DNA of 64,000 nucleotides from Macrostomum lignano (Eukaryota): NCBI GenBank assembly GCA_002269645.1, contig NIVC01002068.1, positions 143,342 to 207,341 of the forward strand, read 5' to 3'. Shown piece by piece: positions 21,866 to 37,095 of this stretch (position 1 is its first letter; each line of letters starts with the position of its first letter). The notes under the pieces were generated by a model. It saw only the letters and a program-made list of their open reading frames with translations, ran no database searches and was not told where the DNA came from. The position numbers and the translations under genes were made by a program.

Positions 21866-24449
21866 GTGTGCTGCCGACGGGTTCTAGAGAGAGAAAATAA
21901 AAGTTGTGTAGCCTCAAAAGACGACTCTAACTCGACTACAGTCTCACGCCAGATAATGCTGGCTGCACCAGTGCCAAATCGACCCTCGACATCCATCGGC
22001 CAGCAGAGGCCAACATCTACAGAGGCTGAGCCGCAGCACAGGGCAACGTCCTCTGTAGGCGTCCAGGATCGATCGAGCTCGCAAAATGCTTCTACTAAAA
22101 GCGATGCCAATTCAGCGTCAGTGGCCACCTATCCTAAATCTACCAACGCTAAATCGCTGTCATCAAGTGCCACCAAAGGCGATTCAAAATCGGATGTCCA
22201 ACGAAGTCACAGTCGGGCAGCTTCTGGCATTTCGCGGGCTACTGAGCCGCAGTCTGGGAGCGGCACAGGCGGCGCAGTTCCTGCTAGTCTTCAAACACCG
22301 AACCTTCCGCAGAGTCCGGCTAAACCGGCGCAGGGCAAGGACGCTGTCGACGCTAAGGATAGAAATGTTTCCAAAGGCGGGGAGGTAAGAGTAACTGATT
22401 TGTCAAGTGCCACACCGACAGAACGGAGTGACACCTCTGTGACGGACGAAGACGTTTTTGCACCTGTTGGCGAGCAAGTGCAAACGATCGACTTCACGAA
22501 GATACTTACTCAGGGTATTCCGGTAACCAAGAATGAGCAGAAGAAGAAATCTAATTTAATCGGGTCGCTAAAAAAGCAAGTGAAGAACTTCTTTCATGAG
22601 GACAGATTTGGACAGATAACAGACGAGCAGGGCAACGTTGAATTACCGATGGACCCGTACTTGCAGGCCAGAGATGATCACGACTCCGGCCTGCTGCCGA
22701 GTCAGCGGCTGTTCCGCCTAGCCAGATACGAGCAGCTGCAGCTACAGGATCGCAATCTCCAGCACAAGCAGCGGTTCAAGCACCTTCCAACTCCAGGTGA
22801 AAGCGTCGATGACTACGAATTTGCTTGGCTGGTTAAGCTCCAGGCTCAGAGCGCCGCGCCAAGCGCAGAAGACGGTTGGCGCAGCCGTGGTCCCCGAAGC
22901 AGAATCGGCTAGACCAGCCTGATGGCGTGATTTCTGATGAAAACGAGGACGAAAATCAAGGCGGAGATGAGCCTGTTGAGGCGACGAAAACAATTGGCAA
23001 CACGCAATCGTCGAAGGTTGGGACGGACACTGTGGACTTTAACCAGCGTCTAGAAACATCGCTTGAGCCAGCTAAGCATGGATCGCAGGGAAAGCGCAGC
23101 GAATACCAGAGAGAATCTGAGCAAGAGAAGGCACGCAAAGCACAGCTGCTCAGCCTCTGCGGCCTCGTGGCAGCGCCAACTTCCGAAGTCTTAAGCCCAG
23201 AAGAGCAGGAAGCACGAGACAAGCTCTGCAGAGAGCTTCGCCAGGATTTCGTTGATGGTAGCGATGGCAGGTATCCATGCGATTGCTGCGAGTTAAAAGA
23301 GGCATCAGCTGCCAATTCGCCCTTCAATAGTGTTGCAAAGTACTACGATCTGCTGTTTGCGCGCAGGAAGAACGACAGCTTCACGGTGCGATTCGATCTG
23401 GTGCACTGCCTGCCCAGGTTCCTGCTGCACTACAAGTTCCACAAGCAGCTGTACGACTGTCTGGACGCAGAGGAACGGCAAGACCTTGTGAAGGCGGCCA
23501 CGGACATCACCACAAGCTACAACCTTGGCCACTGCACGCTGCAGGTACCGCACGGAAAGTATCGCACCAATGCCTACCCGGCGTTCTTCGCTTACATCAT
23601 CGTTCCGGACCACACCAAGTACCTGGAGATTTTCGAGGTCTGCAATCCGCCTGTAAAGCCGGGCGTGCGCCAGAAAAAGAGCAGCTGTGCGATCCCCAAC
23701 TGGCCCGACAAGAGCTACGTGACCGAGTTCTGGACCTACTCCAAGGAGAGCTCGAGCTCGAGCGACAAGGATCCCCGTCTTACAATGAAGCTGTACGAGA
23801 AGAACGTGCTTCGCAGGCTGCAGCTGGTCAAGATGCCGGAGCTGCTGGTGACGCGCCGGAACCCGCCGTCGGAAGTCGCAAAACGGAAGCCCGCGAAGCG
23901 GTTGCGGGGAGAATTCGACCTGTTTGAGGACTTTTTGCTCATCCCGCACCAGGAGCAGCCAATGCTCGGTTTCGGCTCACTTGAGCACCCAAAGCACGCC
24001 TTGGAATCGAGATCACCAGAGCCAGACATCAAGTTTCTGGACCGCCTGCTGCAGGCGATGAACAGCTACGTCAGGCAGCACCTCAACACCCGACAGAGGC
24101 GACTGGATGGTAGGGAAGACCTGAGCTGCACCGTGAACCTCAGCCTGCACCACAGCTACGCGTTCAAGGGCCACCAACGGGTCTACGGATTCATCGGCTT
24201 CCCCCCAGCCTCCACCTACTGGGCGGCTCTGAAGCAGGAGCAACGGAAGAACGCCGCCCTGGCGGAGACGGCCGTCACCAGGAGGACATCCGGCTTATGC
24301 GTGCTGCAACTGCCAAAGCGAAGTCAAGCATCGACAACAAACAGGACCAGAATGATGAAACACAAACGCAGACCAGTGCTGACCGGACGATTGACGGGCA
24401 TGACAACGAGGACATCCGAGAGAAGTTGAAGTCATGCAACTTTTTGTGA
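21866..24449 (+). CDS. Uncharacterised protein (~830 aa): S/T-rich disordered N-terminus and globular C-terminal half; two apparent single-base frame breaks (~22847, ~24262)
   Basis: ORFs 21866..22912 and 22876..24429 join as ...WLVKLQ/ERRAKRRRRLAQPW. A third frame gives GDGRHQEDIRLMRAATAKAKSSID...EKLKSCNFL* ending at 24449, followed by AATAAA at ~24464. GC-rich codon use; start uncertain (GTG 21866, ATG 21956, or an upstream exon). Confidence 0.65.
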
Positions 24450-24896
24450 CACAATGGCGCATGAATAAAGCATTACGTTTGCACGTTGATATGCTCTTAA
24501 ACCAACTCAAGGCGTATCACAAAACGGTTTGCTTATTATTATAAAAAGGTTGCATGCACAGATAACTACTCGGACTCTGATATCAGACTAACTTGGATAT
24601 TTTATTCAGATAATATGCTTGTTTAGATATTGAAGTTCTGAACAAACGATTTCATTCTAAAATTTTCAACTCTTTTCAACCCAACTAATATAGAAAACTT
24701 TACCCAGATGCATGCAGTTCAATTTAGCGGGAGAATAAAGCTATTGAAGACTTGCTTTCCATTGTCCAAGGAGAAGGAGACTTCTTGAACTTTGCGGTAT
24801 ACTAGCAGGTTGACCCGCTGCTCGGGTCCTAAACAATTGTCTGAGCAAGCACTTTTCTTGCTGTTTGACAACTCACAAGAAGACAGAAAAATCAAC

Positions 24897-25215
24897 CAGA
24901 GACAACCCGCTAGGAAACAGACACATGAAGCAGAGACAACCCGACAACCCGCTAGGAAACAGACACATAAAGCAGAGACAACCCGACAACCCGCTAGGAA
25001 ACAGACACATAAAGCAGAGACAACCCGACAACCCGCTAGGAAACAGACACATAAAGCAGAGACAACCCGACAACCCGCTAGGAAACAGACACATAAAGCA
25101 GAGACAACCCGACAACCCGCTAGGAAACAGACACATAAAGCAGAGACAACCCGACAACCCGCTAGGAAACAGACAAATAAAGCAGAGACAACCCGACAAC
25201 CCGCTAGGAAATGAA
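24897..25215 (+). repeat. 42-bp minisatellite (AGACAACCCGACAACCCGCTAGGAAACAGACACATAAAGCAG, ~7.5 copies)
   Basis: Read directly. Confidence 0.95.
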
Positions 25216-26299
25216 ACAGACACATGAAGCAGAGACAAGCTAGTAAATTAGCTGCAATTTTGATTTGAGTATTTATTTGAGTCTCTATATGGGCTTTTGA
25301 TTTCAAATTTAAGCTTTGCTTTCATGTAGCTGGGGCATGGGGAATAGGGGTTCTAAGGTGGGATGATTCTTCATGGGGATTGCTTTTATATACCTAAACT
25401 TGAATTGAGACATGGGTACCTATTGAAGAGATTAGGGGTACATAAAAGCTTACCCATAAAATGTAACTTGAATTTAAAATTACCCTATTTGAAGCCTACA
25501 TAGAAAAAAAGTTAAGATCGTCTAATTCTCATTGACAGCATCAGCCCAGTGGCAAAAGTGGACTGGCGAATGTACATTATTGCTGAACCAATTAGCAAGT
25601 TGTTTACGCCTGCAAGCTTGGGCTTCTTAAACTTATCAAAGTCATTTCAGCCGCCTTTATTTAAAAAAAATAGCTTATGTATTCTTCTTTGCTACTGAAC
25701 TGAAAGTAGAAAGCTGTTTTACTAAGTATATATGCCTGAGTGGCCCATCTAGCCATTTTAGTATCTGTGGTCTGAATAGGTGTCCAGTGATGAAAGAAGC
25801 AGTTGCTTGTGTTGCTCGATCTCCGCAACCCCATGATGTCGTAGCGTAGAATGCACTGCTTTTCTATTTACGTTCGGCCATCGCAAAATATTCTCACCTC
25901 TCTCGACGTCTCTAAATTATTCGTCATTTGCCATATCTCTGTTTGTCTAATAAAATCTGTTATTTCCTTATGGTCTAAGAGGCCTGCACAATTGCATGCC
26001 AAACTTCTTAAATTGATCGCTTCACAGACCTCCTTTTGGACCATTGACAATGAAAAGCAAGTCTTCAATATCTTAATTCTAACTTGCTTGCTCCTAGACT
26101 AAACTGGCTCATATATAGATTACTCTTTTCATTATGTTTTTTTAAAGTTGTACAAAATTGAAACTAAGACAAATTCAATAAAACTGCGCAACTCTCTGAA
26201 CTTTTTCGTGTATTTTACAGCTTTTCGGGAAAAATGTTCTTCCTCAGCTGATTGTCACAGTGAATCAGAGATGGAGTGCCTTCAGCTTGGTTTGATTCT

Positions 26300-26651
26300 T
26301 CAGCGGCCAAATCTGAAACAGAATCGAGGAATGTGTAACAGATGCTTATTATTTTGAATAGCCACAGATTGTTCACCTCATCTGGCCGGACCATCGCAGG
26401 CTGTTGAGCAGGCTGGACATCAGCTTGGCTCGCTGCTCATCCGGGTTCTCCACCGTTCGTCGGTCCGGAGCTCGCATCAGTCGCTGCGGCGGCGGTGGAG
26501 GCGGCCGCGAAGCCAATGCCTCGTCCACGGTCTCTTCGACGTCCTTGAATTTGGCGTTGGTGGGTCTGGCTGAGGCCAGGTGCTGCGTCAGCAGGGCCCC
26601 GCCGAGAAGAACGGCCATCAGCAACGTGTACTGCCGAGCTGGGGTAGTCAT
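26300..26651 (-). CDS. NPY/NPF-like neuropeptide precursor, two coding exons (26651-26377, 26312-26300)
   Basis: Signal peptide MTTPARQYTLLMAVLLGGALLTQHLASA; 64-bp GT-AG intron splits the Arg codon (AG|A); spliced C-terminus ...PDRRTVENPDEQRAKLMSSLLNSLRWSGQMRFGR* with amidation signal GR. Confidence 0.8.
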
Positions 26652-28223
26652 ACTGCCTTGTTAGGGCTTATTAGCTTGCTGAATCGAGATTGACAGAATC
26701 CAACAGATGAGTCTCTGGACAGAATTAGAAGCAGACCCCAGCAGAGTCCTCAGTGCAGCTCAGTGAAATAGTCCCCATCCTAGCCAAAGTCATCATCGGC
26801 TCGAGTCACTCTGGCTCGCTCGGCCTATCGCTGCGGTTGGGGGTGAAAAACTTCCCAATTGTGGTTTGTCTCGGCTAGCGAATACGATAAATGCAATTTC
26901 TCTTCGGCTTTATTTTTGGCATGAAAACTTATCCATCAGGAGGATAAAAACTGCCGAATTAGAGTGGAAGCAGCGCATCATGTTTGGGAGAACAGCGAAC
27001 GTGGAGCTTTGATGGAGGCAAATGGAAGTCCATTATCTCGGCCGCGCTCTATACTTAGCGCACCTGGTGCAGTGTGGGTGAGGAAAATCTTTCGCATTTC
27101 CAATATCTCTGAGTCAGTCAGCTTGTTTGTTTCCTCAGCTGGAATGGTTGGCAACCGGGGTAAGTGAAACAATTTGCCTGCTGAAGAAGCCAACAATTTT
27201 TTTATAGCTAGCTCCAGTTTCTTCTGGCAGAATCTTTAGTCTATTTTTAAGGGACAGAACTGCCTTGCAATCGGCTGATGACGCAAAAAAAGATTAATGC
27301 AGAGGAATTATTGAAAATAAATTTTACCACGAAGCTTTAGCATGGAGCATTTTGGATCCATACAAAGACTTGGTTGTACATTGTGCTGTACACTTCATAC
27401 TTCTGTGCGGCCATCCGCTATGCATTTTTACTTACAAAAGTCAGCAAACAGACCCGTGTTCAAGGACTGCTGGCCATGGTAGGACGATATCGACGAGTGA
27501 ATATTTTTAGTCAATTCAAGTCATACCACAGCAGGCAGACATCATACACTTGCCGGCCTGACTGACTCAGAAGTCAGTCTCTGTCAGTCTCAGAAGTCTC
27601 AGAAGTCAGTCTCCGCACGCAACTTATTTAATATTATTTAATTAAATATGAATAAAACATGCAGTTCAAACTAATTGTTAAATTTCTAGGTGACATTTTA
27701 AACATCAACATCAACGACTTTCGTTATTTTTAAAAAGCTCTGCACGCATCTGTGATACTAAATTGCTATTTTCATTTCTAACCCGATGCAAGCGTGACGT
27801 ATTGAACAAGTTAGCTGTATACATGTATATACTCGTAGCCCACAGATGCCTGGTTCTGACTTGAGACGGAAAGGTGATGTAGAGCGACATAGTTCATCTT
27901 TGTCCCTCTCAGCCCTTTGTTCTGTCGCTAAATGTATATTTTAGTCATAGTATTAGCATTTCTTGAAACTCTGCAGGAACGGAATAGTACAATTGTACCT
28001 CAATCTCAACGGTCAACGGTAAGTTATTTTAATGCTGCAGTGTAAGTCATTAAGCACGGCACACTGCCTTTTACGAGGTAAAATGTTTTTTATTGGTACC
28101 TGGTAACAAGTAACAAGGTAACAAGCAGGGAAATTGAAAAGTTCAAATAGTAGTGCTGCAATTTTTTGTTTAGCCGATTTGCGCTTGCTTTCTGATAATT
28201 TATTTAGTTTGAATCCTAAAAAA

Positions 28224-28511
28224 TTACAGCTTGATGCAGCTGAGAATCTGGATGGCGTTGCCGCCGCACTTGTTGGCCAGGCAGCCGGCCAGCTGGCTGA
28301 TGTTGGTGCCGTGGGCGAAGTAGCAGGAGGCCAGGTTGGAGATCAGGCAGTTCACGGAGTCGATGCCATTCTGCTGCAGGCAGTTGGTGTCGATGCTGAG
28401 CACGGGAACGACCTCGTGAATGATGTCGTTCACGACCTCGTTCTTCTGCTCCGGAGTGTAGGCGGCGGCGGCGAAGGCCACGAGAGCGAACAGACAGACG
28501 AGCTTGTACAT
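28224..28511 (-). CDS. Small secreted cysteine-rich protein (95 aa, 6 Cys)
   Basis: ATG at 28511: MYKLVCLFALVAFAAAA signal peptide, then YTPEQKNEVVNDIIHEVVPVLSIDTNCLQQNGIDSVNCLISNLASCYFAHGTNISQLAGCLANKCGGNAIQILSCIKL; strongly GC3-biased codons. Confidence 0.8.
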   Translation of the reverse strand: MYKLVCLFALVAFAAAAYTPEQKNEVVNDIIHEVVPVLSIDTNCLQQNGIDSVNCLISNLASCYFAHGTNISQLAGCLANKCGGNAIQILSCIKL

Positions 28512-29268
28512 GGCTGCTGAGCTGGGTGCTTTGGTTGCTGGCTTCTTGAGACTGGCTGCTGGGTTGAGTTGCTGATTGGGTCTCGGGCTCGGTCGCTGGG
28601 CTCTCATTTATGGTGCCGCTGGTGGCGCTGCAGGTGACGCGGTCTCGGCCTGTCAGAGCTGTCAGACCAAAACTTATAGATCTGCATAACTTTGATTTAC
28701 TCAAACTTGTAAATGCTCACATTTTGTACGGACTGATAAGGATTCGAACAGGCTTCATGCCTTGGACAACTATTGCAAATCAATTTTTTGTTCCACAGAG
28801 ACGCGCACTCCAAGCCTTTGTCGGGTACGCAACCGATTTTTCCCAAATCAATTACCGCCTTTCTGCTTTCTGGGTCATCCGGCTCTCACTGCATGGATAC
28901 TGCGTGACTTGTGGCGAAAACTACGCACTTGAGGCATGCATGTTTATATGCGGAATTGTGGAAGGCTTGTTCATGGAGTTCCGCAAGGATACCCCTAATA
29001 CACACTTTAACTCTCCTCATATGCTGACCCAAGGACCACTACATAGTAGTATAGAAGTCCTTGCACTGAACCCGTTACACAAATAACTCTGGTTGACTCG
29101 TTGTATGTCTTCGCTTGGCTAGATTTGGCCGAGACTTGACAGAATCGAAAAAAAATTACAAAACTGAGCTTCTGATCCAGCTGTACCTGTGGCAAGCACG
29201 CAGCAAGAGAGCTACCACAGTCACTCTCGTGCGCCTCAGCGACTGAAACTAAAATTACTCGTAGATTT

Positions 29269-30411
29269 AGATGGACATTGAACCATCGGAATTGACTGTG
29301 GGAGGAGGCGGCAGATGGACATTGAACCATCGGAATTGACTGTGGGAGGAGGCGGCAGATGGACATTGAACCATCGGAATTGACTGTGGAAGGAGGCGGC
29401 AGATGGACATTGAACCATCGGAATTGACTGTGGGAGGAGGCGGCAGATGGACATTGAACCATCGGAATTGACTGTGGGAGGAGGCGGCAGATGGACATTG
29501 AACCATCGGAATTGACTGTGGAAGGAGGCGGCAGATGGACATTGAACCATCGGAATTGACTGTGGGAGGAGGCCACAGATGGACATTGAGCTATCGGAAT
29601 AGACTGTGGAAGGAGGCCACAGATGGACATTGAACCATCGGAATTGACTGTGGGAGGAGGCGGCAGATGGACATTGAACCATCGGAATTGACTGTGGAAG
29701 GAGGCGGCAGATGGACATTGAGGTATCGGAATCGACTGTGGAAGGAGGCGGCAGATGGACATTGAACCATCGGAATTGACTGTGGAAGGAGGCGGCAGAT
29801 GGACATTGAGGTATCGGAATCGACTGTGGAAGGAGGCGGCAGATGGACATTGAACCATCGGAATTGACTGTGGAAGGAGGCGGCAGATGGACATTGAACC
29901 ATCGGAATTGACTGTGGAAGGAGGCGGCAGATGGACATTGAACCATCGGAATCGACTGTGGAAGGAGGCGGCAGATGGACATTGAGCTATCGGAATTGAC
30001 TGTGGAAGGAGGCCACAGATGGACATTGAACCATCAGAATTGACTGTGGGAGGAGGCGGCAGATGGACATTGAACCATCGGAATTTACTGTGGAAGGAGG
30101 CGGCAGATGGACATTGAGGTATCGGAATCGACTGTGGAAGGAGGCGGCAGATGGACATTGAACCATCGGAATTGACTGTGGAAGGAGGCGGCAGATGGAC
30201 ATTGAGGCATCGGAATTGACTGTGGGAGGAGGCGGCAGATGGACATTGAGGCATCGGAATTGACTGTGGGAGGAGGCGGCAGATGGACATTGAGGCATCG
30301 GAATTGACTGTGGAAGGAGGCGGCAGATGGACATTGAGGCATCGGAATTTACTGTGGAAGGAGGCGGCAGATGGACATTGAGGCATCGGAATTGACTGTG
30401 GGAGGAGGCGG
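29269..30411 (+). repeat. 44-bp minisatellite (AGATGGACATTGAACCATCGGAATTGACTGTGGGAGGAGGCGGC, ~26 copies)
   Basis: Read directly; explains ORFs 29007..30422. Confidence 0.97.
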
Positions 30412-31200
30412 TATGATAGCAATAATATCAGAGCATCAATAATTTGTCATTTTAAATCGCTTACATTCAGAAATAATCGTTATTGTGTCAATATAGCCAA
30501 TAAAATTATTCAAACAGACTATCCCCATTATACTACTGACAGCAATAGGCCAGCTTAATAATCTACCAAAAACGATAAACAAGCGGCTTAACTTTGCCAT
30601 TGGCTCCCGCCTTCATTGGCCAGCGGCCTCTCTGCACTCAAAAGTGCTGCCCCCTTTTCTGCCGCAGCTCCGACTTCTCGACATCATGAGCGTTGTCGGA
30701 AACACGCGAAGTTCGGCTTGCTTCTGGTTGAGGATTCTTACTATAGGGATTCAATGAGCCAGCCGCATCAGGTGAGAAAACGGTAAAGCTATTTATATTA
30801 TTACCTAGAACCAGCTATCAAGTATAATACTGTAGCCGGGTGATTGACAGGCTGCTTGAAACTGCTCGCATGGTAACCCGAGAGTCGCTTGGGAGTGAGT
30901 GACTTGCTACGGGCCCGACTCAAAGCTCAGCCCAGCCAAGCTTGTAGCAAGAGCTATAGCTGGCTTGAGTATACGCGCACCTCATCAGTGAAGTAGCGTC
31001 AGATATGTGGAGACCGCCATCCCCCCTAGCAACCAAACTCCTATAATTAATTAGCGGTCGGCAAAGCAAATCGAACTCGCCCCCCTCTTCGATATCCGCG
31101 GGTCCGTCTCGAGCTACTGTCGCTATTTCCGTTTCAGTTGAAAATCGAGGACAACATTCCTATCTTTTATCGTTCTTATTAAGTAGTCCTTGTTTGAAAA

Positions 31201-32228
31201 TGGCCTCATCACCGAGGCTGCAGCTTGCTCAACCCCGCTGAGACGGTAGTTGAGCAGTCTCTGAGAAATGAAACTGGCCTCATCACCGAGACTGCAGCTT
31301 CCTCAACCCCGCTGAGACGGTAGTTGAGCAGTCTCTGAGAAATGAAACTTGCCTCATCACTGAGGCTGCAGCCTCCTCAACCCCGCTGAGACGGTAGTTG
31401 AGCAGTCTCTGAGAAATGAAACTTGCCTCATCACCGAGGCTGCAGCTTGCTCAACCCCGCTGAGACGGTAGTTGAGCAGTCTCTGAGAAATGAAACTGGC
31501 CTCATCACCGAGACTGCAGCTTCCTCAACCCCGCTGAGACGGTAGTTGAGCAGTCTCTGAGAAATGAAACTTGCCTCATCACTGAGGCTGCAGCTTCCTC
31601 AACCCCGCTGACACGGTAGTTGAGCAGTCTCTGAGAAATGAAACTGGGCTCATCACCGAGGCTGCAGCTTCCTCAACCCCGCTGAGACGGTAGTTGAGCA
31701 GTCTCTGAGAAATGAAACTGGCCTCATCACCGAGACTGCAGCTTCCTCAACCCCGCTGAGACGGTAGTTGAGCAGTCTCTGAGAAATGAAACTGGGCTCA
31801 TCACCGAGGCTGCAGCTTCCTCAACCCCGCTGAGACGGTAGTTGAGCAGTCTCTGAGAAATGAAACTGGCCTCATCACCGAGACTGCAGCTTCCTCAACC
31901 CCGCTGAGACGGTAGTTGAGCAGTCTCTGAGAAATGAAACTGGGCTCATCACCGAGGCTGCAGCTTCCTCAACCCCGCTGAGACGGTAGTTGAGCAGTCT
32001 CTGAGAAATGAAACTGGCCTCATCACCGAGACTGCAGCTTCCTCAACCCCGCTGACACGGTAGTTGAGCAGTCTCTGAGAAATGAAACTGGGCTCATCAC
32101 CGAGGCTGCAGCTTCCTCAACCCCGCTGAGACGGTAGTTGAGCAGTCTCTGAGAAATGAAACTGGCCTCATCACCGAGACTGCAGCTTCCTCAACCCCGC
32201 TGAGACGGTAGTTGAGCAGTCTCTGAGA
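31201..32228 (+). repeat. 74-bp tandem repeat (~14 copies) with internal hairpin and alternating variants
   Basis: Unit TGGCCTCATCACCGAGGCTGCAGCTTCCTCAACCCCGCTGAGACGGTAGTTGAGCAGTCTCTGAGAAATGAAAC. Confidence 0.97.
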
Positions 32229-32810
32229 TCAAAAAAGAAAGCAAGCAAAAACAAGATCAAGAGGCTGGGCGATCAAACCGGACGGTCTCCAGGGATCCAT
32301 AGTGGCGGGATGCGCTGACACGATGCATACATCTTCTCTGACGGCCAGCCGCCCCGTCCCCACCCCCATCTTCCCCCAGTCTTGTGCTCCCGGAAACCTT
32401 CAGATCGGGAGGCAGGGGGAAGGCAGGGCCTGTGGAACTCTCAGAAGTCATTACCGGCGCTCTGCGTGGGGCGCCCGGCGCCGTGATAAATCTGATTGCT
32501 CTGGGGGAAGAGGCTGCGGGGGCGGTGCAGTTGAGAAGGAGGAACAAGCACTGGAGGGCCAATACATTCTTGGCTCAAATTTCAACTTGTTTCCTGCGAG
32601 AATGGCAAACGAAAAAACTTGTCAGCATGAGCTTGAAGAGCCACCTGCAGAACAGAGGCCTTTGCTGCCCATCTACTCCTGTTCCAGAGAAACCCAGCTG
32701 AGAGCATGACTAACGAAGTTCTGGCTACTGACTCGCATCATATAGAGAATTCACGACATAAACTGGTGCAGATTAGACACGGTTTTTCTGAGCTTCTCAC
32801 AGGGTTGGGA

Positions 32811-34869
<2,059 letters not shown>

Positions 34870-36149
34870 GTAGGTAGGTAGGTAGGAAGGAATTTTTTGG
34901 TCTATCCTGAGCATTGCATGCTTCCTCAACTAATTCAGCTCATCGCACTGGCCTGGCCGGACCCACCAAGATTTCCCCAGCAGCAAACAGAAGCAGTGCC
35001 AGCCTGTGCGGTGGCTGGTGCGGGACTTGAGACTATTGTTGTTGGAGCGGGCAAACCTCTTCTTGGTCAATAAGTTTCTCCTCTTTCCGCGCTCTGCCCC
35101 CCCAGCCACGGCCGCTGCCCTCCCAAGTCTAAAATTGAGTCCCCTTCTTCCTTATTTTCCATAATGCTATAAAATACAGCCGTCTCCAGCGCTCGCTCAG
35201 GTGCAGCACAGAGAAGGCAGCAAAAGTTTTTAAGTCGGCGATTTAATAACGCGCTCTAATCAAGCGTTCGTCCCCCTCCCAGTCCCAGTAGCGCGGCAAG
35301 CTCAGCAGCTCCTCGGAGCAGAAATTCAATATCGGCCTCTTAAGATAGAGAGACGCTGAGAAGAAGAGAGAAGATCGGACAACGGATGGAAGAAGATTGA
35401 TAAAAAAGTTCTTATTGTAGCTATATATAATAAAACCGGTGTAATATCCTTCGGCTGAGCGGCTCTGCTAGGGTTGAGGGGGGGGGATTTTTCCTCAAGA
35501 TAACAAAAACGCGCAGACCTAATTCTGCGCTTCGCTGCCGACAAGCGGCCTACCTAATATTTCATCATGAGCTGCCGGCCCTTCCATAACGGCGGGGAGG
35601 GGAGACACTTTTGAGGGAGAAAAGCGAGCTGGGGCCCGTCCGGTCCGGACTTTGCTGAGGCTTTTCATGAGCAGAGCCGGCCGTGTAGAGCGGGGACCGG
35701 GGCGGAACCCGGAGTCACCGCCGTGAACTTTTAGCTTGAAGGAATTCAATAGAAAGAAATGGAAGTTTTAGTTGACTTTATAAGCGGGGATGCAAATAAT
35801 AGCTGAAGCCTGAAAATAGCAGGATCCTGGCCATAGACTAGATTTTTAGTGCACCAGTTGCATTGACCAGCTTGGTTGTCGAGCTAGGCATGTAACTAAC
35901 ACCCTGTGGGACTGCTGGGCTCGTGTACGCATGATCTAAAATTGGCGAGCCGTTGTCAAGCAGGATCAATTCGTTCATCGCCTTATCTGACATAATTTTG
36001 CATTTTTTCTCTAAAAATTTGGAACACAAAAAAGTACTTTTATATATTTATTTTGCAGCTCGCCTACTAAAGAAGTCGCAACAGTGTCCGGATATGGGTG
36101 CAGCTGACACCCCAGACCGGAACTGAATCCGCCTCATCTCTTAGCGAAC

Positions 36150-36554
36150 ATGACCGCCTTGGACAGGCAAAGCTTCCTGCAAGCTCTGCAGTCGAACTCA
36201 CCAGAGCAGGCTCAGCAGTCTGCCTCATCACTGCAGCCTCAGCTGAGCAGAGGCCGCAATGTCAGCAGCTTCGGCAACCTGACCGGCCTCGAGAGCCTGA
36301 CCAACTTCAGCCAGCAGATTGTCAATGCCACTCTGCTGACCAATTCAACGACCAATGAACCGCTTGAAAGGCGGTACTGGGTGCTCGGCCTGCTGCTTTT
36401 CCCCTGCTTCACCATATTCGGCAACATCCTGGTGGTGATGGCGGTGTACAGGGAACGTAGTCTGCAGTCCGTCACCAACTACTTCATTGTGTCGCTGGCG
36501 TTTGCCGACATCCTTGTTGGAGCCATCGTGATGCCGATTTCTGTCTATGTTGAG
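36150..36554 (+). CDS. DRD2: D2-like dopamine receptor (class A GPCR), exon 1: N-terminus, TM1, TM2
   Basis: [60 protein letters not shown]; donor GAG|GTGCGA, phase 0. The symbol denotes family (D2-like/Dop2R), not proven orthology. Confidence 0.92.
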
Positions 36555-36579
36555 GTGCGATGTTTATCGATAAATGAAA

Positions 36580-37095
<516 letters not shown>

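Noticed and set aside
31201-32228. CRISPR-like array with palindromic repeats (also the 38-bp and 52-bp arrays)
   Set aside because: Units are contiguous with no unique spacers, there are no cas genes, and the context is eukaryotic.
32257-32709. Three overlapping ORFs of 100-135 aa between the 74-bp array and the GATA tract
   Set aside because: No recognisable motif, splice context or codon bias favouring one frame.
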